From positions 1 through 26,618 of IMG/VR virus record IMGVR_UViG_2695420596_000006: a DNA stretch of 26,618 nucleotides, one strand, 5' to 3'. Both the position numbers and the translations under genes were made by a program. Each line of letters opens with the position of its first letter. The stretch's first letter is position 1. The notes beneath the pieces were generated by a model. That model made no database searches. It worked only from the letters and a program-made list of their open reading frames with translations, and was not told where the DNA came from. This DNA is from a virus (Duplodnaviria; Heunggongvirae; Uroviricota; Caudoviricetes). This document shows, piece by piece, positions 1-8,818 of the stretch.

Positions 1-483
1 ATGACGAAGAAAAAAGCACATAAACCTGGTTCAGCGACCATCGCGCTTAACAAGCGCGCCCGTCACGAATACTTTATCGAAGAAGAGTTCGAAGCGGGAC
101 TTGCCCTGCAAGGCTGGGAAGTTAAATCCCTGCGCGCAGGAAAAGCCAATATCAGCGACAGCTACGTCCTTCTGCGTGACGGAGAGGCATTTCTGTTTGG
201 CGCTAACATCACGCCAATGGCCGTGGCCTCCACGCATGTGGTGTGCGATCCTACCCGTACCCGCAAGTTACTTCTCAACCAGCGCGAACTGGACTCATTG
301 TACGGTCGCGTCAATCGAGAAGGCTATACCGTAGTGGCGCTCTCCCTGTACTGGAAAAATGCCTGGTGCAAAGTGAAAATCGGCGTCGCCAAAGGTAAGA
401 AACAGCACGATAAACGTTCAGATATCAAAGAGCGCGAATGGCAGGTGGATAAAGCACGTATCATGAAAAACGCCCACCGTTAA
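1..483 (+). CDS. smpB: SsrA-binding protein SmpB
   Basis: 160-aa ORF with RBS-independent start at window edge; translation ([61 protein letters not shown]...) is recognised as the conserved enterobacterial SmpB; sits directly upstream of the tmRNA gene as in E. coli. Confidence 0.96.
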
Positions 484-697
484 ACCTGCACTCCAATTAT
501 TGACCAGTTCCTCACCGCGCCTCCCTCTCCGGCGGCGCGAATGAACATCTTATTGGCTATCACATCCGACACAAATGTTGCCATCCCATTGCTTAATCGA
601 ATAAAAATCAGGCTACATGGGTGCTAAATCTTTAACGATAACGCCATTGAGGCTGGTCATGGCGCTCATAAATCTGGTATACTTACCTTTACACATT

Positions 698-1060
698 GGG
701 GCTGATTCTGGATTCGACGGGATTTGCGAAACCCAAGGTGCATGCCGAGGGGCGGTTGGCCTCGTAAAAAGCCGCAAAAAATAGTCGCAAACGACGAAAA
801 CTACGCTTTAGCAGCTTAATAACCTGCTTAGAGCCCTCTCTCCCTAGCCTCCGCTCTTAGGACGGGGATCAAGAGAGGTCAAACCCAAAAGAGATCGCGT
901 GGAAGCCCTGCCTGGGGTTGAAGCGTTAAAACTTAATCAGGCTAGTTTGTTAGTGGCGTGTCCGTCCGCAGCTGGCAAGCGAATGTAAAGACTGACTAAG
1001 CATGTAGTACCGAGGATGTAGGAATTTCGGACGCGGGTTCAACTCCCGCCAGCTCCACCA
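698..1060 (+). ncRNA. ssrA: tmRNA (transfer-messenger RNA, SsrA), 363 nt
   Basis: Begins GGGGCTGATTCTGGATTCGACGGG, contains the tag reading frame GCAAACGACGAAAACTACGCTTTAGCAGCTTAA (ANDENYALAA stop), ends with tRNA-like GGGTTCAACTCCCGCCAGCTCCACCA; matches the E. coli ssrA sequence as recalled. Confidence 0.96.
1016..1060 (+). repeat. 45-bp ssrA 3'-end core (att site copy 1, part of intact tmRNA gene)
   Basis: ATGTAGGAATTTCGGACGCGGGTTCAACTCCCGCCAGCTCCACCA is repeated exactly at 12530..12574. Confidence 0.9.
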
Positions 1061-1070
1061 AATAAATCAA

Positions 1071-1102
1071 GGGGTTACGTGAAAGCGTAGCCCCTTTTTC
1101 TT
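1071..1102 (+). terminator. Rho-independent terminator downstream of ssrA
   Basis: Hairpin GGGGTTACG-TGAAAG-CGTAGCCCC followed by TTTTTCTTT. Confidence 0.7.
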
Positions 1103-1183
1103 TGGTAGTGGCGGCAAAATGGCGACAGACTTTTGCGTCCATCTTGCCTGTCGCCATCTTGAAATCATGCAAAGAGGTTTCAC

Positions 1184-1666
1184 ATGGAAGAACTTCACTT
1201 TGTTTACATCAATGCAAATGGTCGTATCGGTGTTCACTCTATACAGAGCATCAGTTATAGCGAAAATCATATACAGGGCATTTGTAAGAACACCGATCGA
1301 ATAAAAACCTTCCGAAAAGACCGCATTCTTAAACAGTACGATTCACCAGAACAAGCCATTCAGGAATGCGCGTCATTCCTCCCCGAAAGCTACTCACATC
1401 TCACTAAGCAGTCTGGTCCGAAAAAAAATACATTCGATGTGTGTTTCACCGGATTTAAGAAAGCAGATAAAGAAAGATTGGTTGATAAGGCGAATGAACA
1501 AGGATTAACGGTAAGAACCTCTGTAACCCAAAGCCTTCAGATGCTCTGTTGCGGTTACAATGCAGGCCCATCAAAAGTATCGGCAGCCAGGATGAAAGGC
1601 ACAATCATCATAGATGAGCCTGGCTTTATACATTTTCTTGAAACGGGTGAGATCCCAGATGAATAA
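1184..1666 (+). CDS. Small two-domain protein: N-terminal WYL-like domain, C-terminal BRCT-like domain
   Basis: 160-aa ORF, ATG preceded by AAGAGG; N-terminal segment ends in R-x-F-R-x-D-R-I (TFRKDRI), typical of WYL domains; C-terminal FDVCFTGF...GLTVRTSVTQSLQMLCCGYNAGPSKVSAARMKGTIIIDEPGFIHFLE resembles a BRCT fold pattern. Domain calls are by eye. Confidence 0.55.
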   Translation: MEELHFVYINANGRIGVHSIQSISYSENHIQGICKNTDRIKTFRKDRILKQYDSPEQAIQECASFLPESYSHLTKQSGPKKNTFDVCFTGFKKADKERLVDKANEQGLTVRTSVTQSLQMLCCGYNAGPSKVSAARMKGTIIIDEPGFIHFLETGEIPDE

Positions 1667-1692
1667 AAACCTGCCGTAGCAGGTTCTCTTTC

Positions 1693-1908
1693 TCAAAAAT
1701 TCATATGCCCCTGACCACCTGGCAATGGATGTGGAGGAGCAGTAGCAATCAGTGCGGGTGTCACAATAAACCGGACCACTGTTTCATGAGTAACAAAAGT
1801 GCTCCCGCAGTTAATATTTTGGCACTGGCAGTAACGCTCTTTGGTGCTTTCAGTTACTTGAAAACTGCTCCTTGTGTGTGCCGCATGACCACACTTTGGA
1901 CAATTCAT
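1693..1908 (-). CDS. ogr: Ogr/Delta-family zinc-finger late-gene transcription activator
   Basis: Translation MNCPKCGHAAHTRSSFQVTESTKERYCQCQNINCGSTFVTHETVVRFIVTP has the C-x2-C...C-x4-C spacing and sequence pattern of P2 Ogr; ORF track start at 1956 trimmed to internal Met. Confidence 0.8.
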   Translation of the reverse strand: MNCPKCGHAAHTRSSFQVTESTKERYCQCQNINCGSTFVTHETVVRFIVTPALIATAPPHPLPGGQGHMNF

Positions 1909-1979
1909 CATATCCAGATCCCTACCTTTGCTATCAGAATCATTGTAATGATACACAAAATATCAATATTGAGAACACT

Positions 1980-2348
1980 TTATTCCATTTCAAGATCATC
2001 AATCTTCACTTCGAGTTCAATACTGGTTGTAAAACCGTTATCCGGGCTGACGGTATGTGTCAGAGTCGTAATGGTCCATTCCGCATCATCTATCGGCTGT
2101 TTAAAACCACTGACCTTCACAGGCATTTCCGTGTAGAGATCTGCCCGCCCTTCTGCCAGTTGTAGCGAAAATGACGCAACGCCGCGTTGCAGGCGTTCCC
2201 ACTGCATTTTCGCCGCTCGTTCGGCGTTGCTCCGGTTGGCATAAGTGCGATTAAGTACCAGCACGTTTTCATCCGTACCCACCAGGTAATCGCCCTGCTT
2301 CGCTTCTGGCTCTTTCTTCTGCTTCTTAGTTCTGCGCTTACGCTTCAC
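1980..2348 (-). pseudogene. Truncated tail protein D (late control gene D) C-terminal fragment
   Basis: 122-aa ORF resembling only the C-terminal part of P2-family gpD (which is much longer); the N-terminal part is absent and the ORF abuts a portal fragment on the opposite strand. Confidence 0.55.
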
Positions 2349-2395
2349 CGTGGTGCTTTCTTTCTTCGCAGGTTCGCGGGTATCTTTCTGCCATT

Positions 2396-2881
2396 CCGTC
2401 AGCCCTGCTCAACGAGTCCGCCACGCTGTTCCGCCGTAAGTATTACATCAACGGCAGCCATGCAGGCTTCATCATGTATATGACCGATGCCGCGCAGAAC
2501 CAGGAGGATGTGAACAACCTCCGCAACGCGATGAAAAGCGCCAAAGGCCCTGGCAACTTCCGCAATCTGTTTATGTACTCGCCTAACGGCAAAAAGGACG
2601 GACTTCAGATTATCCCGTTGTCAGAAGTCGCAGCGAAGGATGAGTTTCTGAATATCAAGAACGTGAGCCGTGATGACATGATGGCTGCGCACCGCGTGCC
2701 GCCGCAAATGATGGGGATTATGCCTAATAATGTCGGGGGATTTGGTGATGTGGAAAAGGCCAGCAAAGTCTTTGTCCGAAACGAGCTAATTCCGCTACAG
2801 AAGCGGCTGCAAGAACTTAACCAATGGGTTGGTGAAGAGGTAGCTCGCTTTGAATCATATTGTCTAGAACCAAGGGAATAA
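2396..2881 (+). pseudogene. Truncated portal protein (P2 gpQ-like) C-terminal fragment
   Basis: Open frame from about 2396 (ALLNESATLFRRKYYINGSHAGFIMYMTD...RVPPQMMGIMPNNVGGFGDVEKASKVF...) resembles the C-terminal part of P2-family portal proteins; no N-terminal part and no upstream start context. Confidence 0.6.
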
Positions 2882-2925
2882 ATGTACTGTTTGTTCAAAT
2901 TGAACACACAGTACTTTTTAATATA

Positions 2926-3765
2926 TTAGATGGCTGGGTTGATGTAATCACCCACGTCATCACCTTGTAGACTAATGTACTCAACCCGCCACTGGTCCAT
3001 TCGCCGTAACGCATACAGACTGAATTCAACGTCAGGAACTGCGTTACAAGACATAAGCGCAATGAGTTCACTTTCAGACGCATCACCATGGTACGTTACA
3101 AAGAACTCTTCAATTTGTGTTGCCGCCTGCTCTGCCTCTGCTCTTGCATCCGGCCCACCATCTATAGAATCATAGACAAGATGAATATTCAGTTCGTAAG
3201 GTACACCTTCCTCTAAATCATTGAAACGATCTTCGCCTAAATCAAAGAATACACCTATCAAATAGACTGAATGTTTGCTAATTATCTTTGCGAGTTCTTT
3301 TTCGAATCTAAATTTCTTTGTGTCGAAAGCTCTTAGCCTACTCTCAAAAACATCAGGAAAGGCAGGTCGCCCATAGCGGGCAGCAAGCCATTGTTTTAAA
3401 CCTTGCTTTTCCTCAGGGGATATTTGGCAAGTAGGGTCACATCCCACACACGTGAAACGTTCTTTATCAATACGAAATTTGTTGTCATGTCTTAGTTCAA
3501 TTGCATTTTGATTCGCGTCACGCGCTTGCTCTAAATGCAAATGCAGAACTCTGGGATGTTTAGCACGTGCATAATTGCTGGCCCCCTTAATGAGAGGGCC
3601 AGCAATAAGCTCAACGCTGGGTTCAGAAGAGCTTTGCAAGTCACAATCATGACTGATCACGACAACTTTAACGCCTATTTCCTCTTCGGTAAGAATACCC
3701 AAAGAAACTGCATCCTCATGCCTAAGAACCTGGCCTTGGCGCCATGCTGTAGCAATATCAACCAT
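2926..3765 (-). CDS. Hypothetical protein, third gene of cargo operon (279 aa)
   Basis: ORF with ATG 10 nt after the stop of the upstream gene; no motif I can assign; not recognisable as a P2/186 phage protein. Confidence 0.7.
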   Translation of the reverse strand: MVDIATAWRQGQVLRHEDAVSLGILTEEEIGVKVVVISHDCDLQSSSEPSVELIAGPLIKGASNYARAKHPRVLHLHLEQARDANQNAIELRHDNKFRIDKERFTCVGCDPTCQISPEEKQGLKQWLAARYGRPAFPDVFESRLRAFDTKKFRFEKELAKIISKHSVYLIGVFFDLGEDRFNDLEEGVPYELNIHLVYDSIDGGPDARAEAEQAATQIEEFFVTYHGDASESELIALMSCNAVPDVEFSLYALRRMDQWRVEYISLQGDDVGDYINPAI

Positions 3766-3775
3766 AAATGACTAT

Positions 3776-4417
3776 CTACTCCTTCATTCCTGAACCAGGT
3801 ATAGAAACAGACGACATCCACCCGTCAGTTGGCGTGCTTTTGCTCCCAGTTAAATTCGCTTTTACACCTGCAATTTTAAGCTGGCGAGCTTCATCGATTA
3901 AGAGATTCACAGACGACTTCCAGTCATCGCCTCGCTTAATCAAATCAATAATAGATAAGCCGTCAAACGCTTTCATTTTTGACATCAACTTAGCATTTTC
4001 TACTCCTGCTTTGTTAAAGCGATCGGCTAATCTACTGAGTTCAATGATGTAACCAGCTTTCCCAATATCATCAGGCTGACTGTCACCGGATAACCATTTG
4101 TATAATGCTTGCCTAGTAATACCCAAATCTTTAGCCAGTTCTGACATTGATGGAGAAAGAGTATCCCTAACATTACTTAAATGTTCTGAAATTGTCCTGA
4201 TATCAACAGGGTCATTATCTGTATCCCCATGATTTTCAAGTTTAGATAACCCAAAATGGACTTTAGGTTGTACAAAACCACGCCACTGGTTTACATCCTT
4301 CACAGAATAGCTCGCTCCTGTTCCACTCAGGAACATAGAGGTTGCAACAAATAACGCTCCAGCAATAGGAGCTAAACCAGGAGTCCCATAGCAACTACCA
4401 GTCATGGATTGACGCAT
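3776..4417 (-). CDS. Hypothetical protein with central helix-turn-helix motif, second gene of cargo operon (213 aa)
   Basis: Start set at the ATG preceded by GGGGAGGTG (ORF track start 4444 would overlap the upstream gene); hydrophobic N-terminal segment (GLAPIAGALFVATSMFLSGTGA) and an XRE-like HTH (MSELAKDLGITRQALYKWLSG). Confidence 0.65.
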   Translation of the reverse strand: MRQSMTGSCYGTPGLAPIAGALFVATSMFLSGTGASYSVKDVNQWRGFVQPKVHFGLSKLENHGDTDNDPVDIRTISEHLSNVRDTLSPSMSELAKDLGITRQALYKWLSGDSQPDDIGKAGYIIELSRLADRFNKAGVENAKLMSKMKAFDGLSIIDLIKRGDDWKSSVNLLIDEARQLKIAGVKANLTGSKSTPTDGWMSSVSIPGSGMKE

Positions 4418-4434
4418 ATTACACCTCCCCGGTG

Positions 4435-5241
4435 TTATACCCACCTATTAATGGCATGTTGGGATACCATTTTATTAAAGCTTTCCTTTACAACACCATG
4501 TAGTGAATTGAACTGTTGCTCAATTGAATCTATTTCTGGCGGCATGTTTCCTTCAACATAATGGTCTGTATCAATAATTCCATGCCAAAGAGCCTTGTCG
4601 CTCCTGAACCGCTCAAGCATTTCAACCCCAAAGGGCAAGATATCTGGAGGAAAACTCAACTGACCAAACATCTTATGCAAACGAGTTACTAAAAAGCCAG
4701 TACTTATAACAGGACCAACATTTGTTTGGAAAACCATCTCGTTAACCGATTGTATCGGAGATAAATCCAAATCTACACCATGTAAGCCATTGCAAAGGTA
4801 CTGCTCAATCTTTTCACCCTCACTAGGTATTACGGCATCCAGATACCTCAAACCAAGTCTTGTCAAAAGGGCTGGGTTAGCATGTTCTATTACGACAGAC
4901 AATCCTTCCATCAATGCTTTAAAGAACGGTTCATGTTCTTTGTAATCAGTCGTCTGGAAAGTAATAAAATCGTTACCCAAGACAAAACCTGAAGTCTTAG
5001 TGATGTCAGACATATACCACTGCTGGACCATTTCAAAAGATGGCTGAGGCGATTCACCGGGCGTATTAACATCAAACACCATTTGCATTGCCTCTCTTCT
5101 TTCAAAGAGTGGATAGCCCCTTAAACGCAATGCTTCCTGAATGTCATCGACATACTTTTTCATCGCCTTGATAGGCGTAAACTTAACTTGCGCCAGCACA
5201 TAGTATACGGGTGCATTGGACATGCGATTGCTGTCACTCAT
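4435..5241 (-). CDS. Hypothetical protein, first gene of cargo operon (268 aa)
   Basis: ATG preceded by TAGGAGGG with 4-nt spacer; a long soluble-looking ORF with no motif I can assign confidently. Confidence 0.7.
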   Translation of the reverse strand: MSDSNRMSNAPVYYVLAQVKFTPIKAMKKYVDDIQEALRLRGYPLFERREAMQMVFDVNTPGESPQPSFEMVQQWYMSDITKTSGFVLGNDFITFQTTDYKEHEPFFKALMEGLSVVIEHANPALLTRLGLRYLDAVIPSEGEKIEQYLCNGLHGVDLDLSPIQSVNEMVFQTNVGPVISTGFLVTRLHKMFGQLSFPPDILPFGVEMLERFRSDKALWHGIIDTDHYVEGNMPPEIDSIEQQFNSLHGVVKESFNKMVSQHAINRWV

Positions 5242-5350
5242 GTCGCCCTCCTAATTTTAAAATCCATCAATAACGTTCTTTTCAATATAGTTTACATCTT
5301 GGTTGACACATTAACCATAACAAAGTTCCATCAAAACATCTTTTGATAAC
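5242..5350 (-). promoter_or_regulatory. Putative promoter/operator region of the three-gene cargo operon
   Basis: AT-rich; on the minus strand TTAATG-N19-TATATT precedes the RBS; 7-bp inverted repeat ATCAAAA-CATC-TTTTGAT at 5330..5347 may be an operator. Confidence 0.35.
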
Positions 5351-5440
5351 TTTATATTTAAACTACCGGGCGCGCGCTCGTATCCCCGCCACGCCTGCCC
5401 GCTTTATGTAGTGGTTTTCATGCACCTGCATGATCTACGC

Positions 5441-5466
5441 AAAAGCCCGCCAGTTCTGGCGGGCCT
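5441..5466 (-). terminator. Rho-independent terminator (minus strand) downstream of dinI-like gene
   Basis: GCCCGCC-AGTTCT-GGCGGGC hairpin; on the minus strand it is followed by TTTTG. Confidence 0.65.
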
Positions 5467-5599
5467 TAGCAAAAACGATCCTCAAACGATCATGCGATCT
5501 CATGCGGCATAGACATGCACTACAGAGCTAACGCCTCGCAAGGGCTCGTTGTTCAACCTTGCTGACGCCAGAAGCAAGTTCAGACGCCAGCAACGTTTC

Positions 5600-5833
5600 T
5601 TAATGCAGCCAGCTGTCGTCTTCCCACACCTTCTGCATAATTTTCATCACTTGTTTTCTTTCTTCGTCCTGTTGCAGCCCAGTCAGTTCCACACCGTTAG
5701 AGCTACCTTTGCGGATACGAATTACCGTTTTTGGATACAGTGGGCGCAGATTGCGGTAAAGCTCGGATTCAAGGGCGTCCAGGGTAGACTGGCTAATCTT
5801 CTGCTCTTTATCGATCATTATTTCAATGCGCAT
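5600..5833 (-). CDS. dinI: DinI-family protein
   Basis: 77-aa product from internal Met with GAGGTG RBS: MRIEIMIDKEQKISQSTLDALESELYRNLRPLYPKTVIRIRKGSSNGVELTGLQQDEERKQVMKIMQKVWEDDSWL, matching the DinI pattern (MRIEV...AL..EL..R....P...V.V........V.G...E.K..I..IL.E.WE..D.W). Confidence 0.85.
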   Translation of the reverse strand: MRIEIMIDKEQKISQSTLDALESELYRNLRPLYPKTVIRIRKGSSNGVELTGLQQDEERKQVMKIMQKVWEDDSWLH

Positions 5834-5843
5834 AAAAGTCACC

Positions 5844-6032
5844 TCAGCTGATGACATCCATTGAGCGGTTGTATTCGTGGCTTCTGATTTTTGCCATGAG
5901 TTCATCAGTCAATTCAGAAACCCACTGCAGAGCCAGCCCCTTCTCTTCATCACTACACTCACTAGCCGCTACAAGCTTAAGAAAAAAATCAATGCGCTGG
6001 AGCTTCAAAGACTCCAAAAAATAGTCCTGCAT
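5844..6032 (-). CDS. Hypothetical small phage protein (start uncertain; ORF extends to 6134)
   Basis: Internal ATG at 6032 preceded by AGGAGG; no recognisable motif. Confidence 0.4.
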   Translation of the reverse strand: MQDYFLESLKLQRIDFFLKLVAASECSDEEKGLALQWVSELTDELMAKIRSHEYNRSMDVIS

Positions 6033-6185
6033 CTTTCCTCCTATGACACCACAAGCAACACTGTATGCATAACCACTGTTTATATTTACAGCATATAATA
6101 ATCTTACTGATGTAAAACGTTTTTTTACGTTCATCAGCCTGATATGCCTGGTATTATTAAGAGCACGAATTGTTAACCCGCGTAA

Positions 6186-7232
6186 TTAATACAGGTTTCG
6201 CCACTTATCATCTTCCTGCAAACGCTGGTTCCGATAGAAGATACGCAGGCCTGCTCCTGACGGAATACTGCCGCCGCGAAGGAGTAAATCGACCTCTTTC
6301 TCGCTGCCATCAAATCCTCTGGACTTCAGTTCGTAGACGAGCTGCTGTCGCTGATGGTCTGTAATTCGCTGTTTGTAGTCTTTACGCCGTTTCGGTTTCA
6401 CCAGGCGTAACCTTGCAGCCAGTTCCCGGCGCTCTTTTTTGCTCATACTGTGCAGGTAATCGTGCAACTCCTTGTCATCCATGCGGGTAATGTCCGTCCT
6501 GGTATCCCCATCAGCTGATTTGTCTTTCCCTTGTTGGTTCAAATTTTCAGCAAGGGGACAGTTATTGCCACGAGTCCAAGGGGCGCAAGCGCCCTGGTCG
6601 GCTGACCGATGTTCAAGAACGGATGCCAGGTGATACTGGTCATCTTCAGTGAAACCATCAGTGTGATAGCCGGAAAACGTACCGTCATACGGCGGATCGC
6701 AATACACCACATCTCCCGCCTTCAACATCGCCAGCGTTTCATCAAAGCTGGCGCAGATAAACGTTGCTCGCTGGGCTTTTTCTGCAAATGTGCGAAGTTC
6801 TTTTTCAGGGAAATACGGATTTTTATAATTACCGTAGGGAATGTTGAAATGCCCGCTCTTGTTATAGCGACATAAACCACGGTAACCGTGACGATTGAGA
6901 TACAGGAAATATACCGCTTTCATGAAATCAGTAATTTCAGTGGAGTAATTAAACTCCTGCCTTATGTTGTAATAAGCCACCTCCCTGTTTGCGATCTCAA
7001 ATAAAACTCTGGCGCGAGATATAAACGATTCACAATCAGCGGCAACCTTTTTATAGAGGTTGATTAAATCAGGATTAATATCCGCAACCAGATAGCTGGG
7101 GTAATCCGTCTCCATCATCACAGCACAAGAACCCGCGAAAGGTTCAACCAGTCGCGGGCCAGCAGGAAGGTGTTTTTTCAGTTCGGACATAATGGCGGTT
7201 TTATTACCCGCCCATTTCAGGATGGTGCTCAT
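6186..7232 (-). CDS. dam: DNA adenine (N6) methyltransferase, Dam family, with C-terminal charged extension
   Basis: Start at [11 protein letters not shown] with AGGAGG RBS; motifs KWAGNK near the N-terminus and DPPY ([10 protein letters not shown]) are the Dam signature; roughly 100 residues of lysine/arginine/glutamate-rich sequence follow the methylase core. Confidence 0.85.
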   Translation of the reverse strand: MSTILKWAGNKTAIMSELKKHLPAGPRLVEPFAGSCAVMMETDYPSYLVADINPDLINLYKKVAADCESFISRARVLFEIANREVAYYNIRQEFNYSTEITDFMKAVYFLYLNRHGYRGLCRYNKSGHFNIPYGNYKNPYFPEKELRTFAEKAQRATFICASFDETLAMLKAGDVVYCDPPYDGTFSGYHTDGFTEDDQYHLASVLEHRSADQGACAPWTRGNNCPLAENLNQQGKDKSADGDTRTDITRMDDKELHDYLHSMSKKERRELAARLRLVKPKRRKDYKQRITDHQRQQLVYELKSRGFDGSEKEVDLLLRGGSIPSGAGLRIFYRNQRLQEDDKWRNLY

Positions 7233-7531
7233 ACAGCACCTCCTGCAATAACATATCCTAAAGCTTCTAATGGGGTTAATGAGCGAATTGATAGCATCAC
7301 CCATTGTTCTGAAACTGCCATGACGTCATTAACCGGAAGCACATGAGAGATAACCGCGGCCCATTCCCTACCCGTAAATACGCCATGCTTCCATTCGCAA
7401 AGAGAAAGAACATCACCAACTTTATAGCCACGATCGTCTTTACGAAGTTCAGCCGTCTTTTGACCTGCAACCACAGCGTTGAAATACTTAGGTGCAATTT
7501 TTAATTGATGGATACGCACAGCCCCTGTCAT
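7229..7531 (-). CDS. Hypothetical phage protein, ASCH/DUF3850-like
   Basis: Start at [42 protein letters not shown] with GGAGGTG RBS; the pattern resembles ASCH-like beta-barrel proteins found in prophages; assignment by eye only. Confidence 0.55.
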   Translation of the reverse strand: MTGAVRIHQLKIAPKYFNAVVAGQKTAELRKDDRGYKVGDVLSLCEWKHGVFTGREWAAVISHVLPVNDVMAVSEQWVMLSIRSLTPLEALGYVIAGGAV

Positions 7532-7755
7532 ACAGCACCTCCGTTGTAATGTTTGCCTTTCAGCTCTGCGATTTCCTGACAGGTAATGCAAAGCTGCACT
7601 CCTGGAATGGCGCGGCGGCGTGCTGGCGGAATTGGCGCTTCACATTCAATGCAAAGCACGCGAGACACGCCCGGTGTTTTGGCACGGGCAGCACGGATAT
7701 GGCGCTGGCGTTCTTCTTCAACGCGCTGCTGTACGAGATCCATTGCATCAGCCAT
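7528..7755 (-). CDS. TraR/DksA-family C4 zinc-finger protein
   Basis: 75-aa ORF with C-x2-C...C-x2-C ([27 protein letters not shown]), typical of phage TraR/DksA-like zinc fingers. Confidence 0.75.
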   Translation of the reverse strand: MADAMDLVQQRVEEERQRHIRAARAKTPGVSRVLCIECEAPIPPARRRAIPGVQLCITCQEIAELKGKHYNGGAV

Positions 7756-7994
7756 TAGTGGATCTCCTGCGCTTCGTTCTGGATTGCTTCAGCGGTCACA
7801 CGCAGCAGTTCTGCCGCTTCGACGTGGTTTAGCTGGCGGGATGTGATATGACACGCAAGACTATCAAGGCGGGCAGCCATTGCTTCAGCCCTTGCCCGGC
7901 GTTCTTCCAGACGAGCCTCTGTCAGTAAAATATTAAGCCCTGCGTCATCCGGTCCGGTTTTAGTCGTGAGGGTTTCAATATTACGCATAATCAA
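7755..7994 (-). CDS. Hypothetical phage protein (79 aa)
   Basis: ORF in the same-strand early gene string; no motif assigned. Confidence 0.45.
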   Translation of the reverse strand: MIMRNIETLTTKTGPDDAGLNILLTEARLEERRARAEAMAARLDSLACHITSRQLNHVEAAELLRVTAEAIQNEAQEIH

Positions 7995-8055
7995 TTCTCC
8001 TGAATTTAGATAAAGGGATGCCCGGCGGGTTTACGCCATTAATTTCATTAGCTGG

Positions 8056-8397
8056 TTAATTCGGCATGGTTAGCCGTCTGGGAAATAAGCTCACCACTGC
8101 ACGAAAATGATTCATTGCTTTAATCAACTCCCGCTTTTCGTCAGTGGTCAGCTCATTAATGCTGATGCTATGACGTTCAGCTGGAATTTTTGCCATAAAG
8201 AATATGGCAGCCAGTGCCCGTTTATTTTGTTCGCTATTGATATCCCGTGGATCACGCATATCTTTAATAAACCGCTCAAGCTCTGACTCAATATTCAGGC
8301 CAAAAACTTTCGCCCTTAACTCCGCAATGTGATTAAGTCCATTCAGGCGTTCACCGGGGCTTAATGGAACAGTCGCCGCAGCGCCATTAATTGCCAT
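8056..8397 (-). CDS. Hypothetical phage protein (113 aa)
   Basis: ORF in the same-strand early gene string; no motif assigned. Confidence 0.5.
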   Translation of the reverse strand: MAINGAAATVPLSPGERLNGLNHIAELRAKVFGLNIESELERFIKDMRDPRDINSEQNKRALAAIFFMAKIPAERHSISINELTTDEKRELIKAMNHFRAVVSLFPRRLTMPN

Positions 8398-8419
8398 AAT
8401 TCATATCCCCAAAACGCAA

Positions 8420-8644
8420 CTATCGTTCTTTGTTCTTACGGTAACGTTCAAGAGGAGATACATTTTTTCGTATCGTCTCTTTAACCTGCTCTCCCCGTAA
8501 AAACGTCCCATCCTTTAGCGTGAAAAAGTAACTGCCATCGCCCGACAACGACGGATAACAACAGAGCAAATCATCTTCAGGTACTGAATAACTCTCCCCT
8601 CTGTAACGAAACTGATAAACCACTTCACTTTCCGCTGCATACAT
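8420..8644 (-). CDS. Hypothetical phage protein (74 aa)
   Basis: ORF in the early gene string; overlaps an alternative-frame ORF (8515..8841), so which frame is real is unresolved. Confidence 0.35.
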   Translation of the reverse strand: MYAAESEVVYQFRYRGESYSVPEDDLLCCYPSLSGDGSYFFTLKDGTFLRGEQVKETIRKNVSPLERYRKNKER

Positions 8645-8818
8645 TTTGACTTTCTCCGTTTCCTCGTGGTCAATTCAGACAGCAATTCATCTTGTGAATG
8701 ACATGGATGCCAGCGTTTACCATCCTCACCCATGATCCAGCCGTGACCGTAGTGCATTGCCGGACTTTGTTTTACCAGCAGCGATGCAAATGATGGTTCT
8801 TTCGTCAGCATAAGCACC

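Noticed and set aside
31-334. ORFs 31..237 (minus) and 101..334 (plus) overlapping smpB
   Set aside because: They lie entirely inside the conserved smpB coding sequence in other frames; shadow ORFs.
484-697. Explicit -35/-10 call for the ssrA promoter
   Set aside because: Several weak candidate hexamers exist in the smpB-ssrA spacer and I could not single one out confidently without alignment or transcript start data.
1067-1304. ORFs 1067..1270 (minus) and 1119..1304 (plus)
   Set aside because: They overlap the ssrA terminator and the RBS and start of the better-supported 1184..1666 gene; no start context.
1705-2483. Plus-strand ORFs 1705..2136, 1872..2165, 2187..2483
   Set aside because: Antisense to the ogr and tail-D fragment reading frames, whose translations have recognisable phage motifs; likely frame shadows.
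2605-5105. Small ORFs overlapping the portal fragment and the three-gene operon (2605..2907, 2895..3089, 2975..3175, 3535..3771, 3768..4052, 4911..5105)
   Set aside because: Each is nested within or antisense to a longer ORF that has an RBS and operon context.
6186-7232. Retron linkage of the phage Dam methylase
   Set aside because: Some P2-like elements carry Dam next to a retron reverse transcriptase, but no ORF in the window shows reverse-transcriptase motifs (no YxDD-containing ORF of suitable size) and no msr/msd-like inverted repeats flank the gene.
5549-7846. Alternative-frame ORFs across the dinI-dam-TraR region (5549..5851, 6170..6364, 6609..6875, 7297..7497, 7492..7758, 7560..7748, 7586..7846, 7620..7832)
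   Set aside because: They overlap the minus-strand early genes that carry recognisable motifs (DinI, Dam DPPY, C4 zinc finger) and lack independent start signals.
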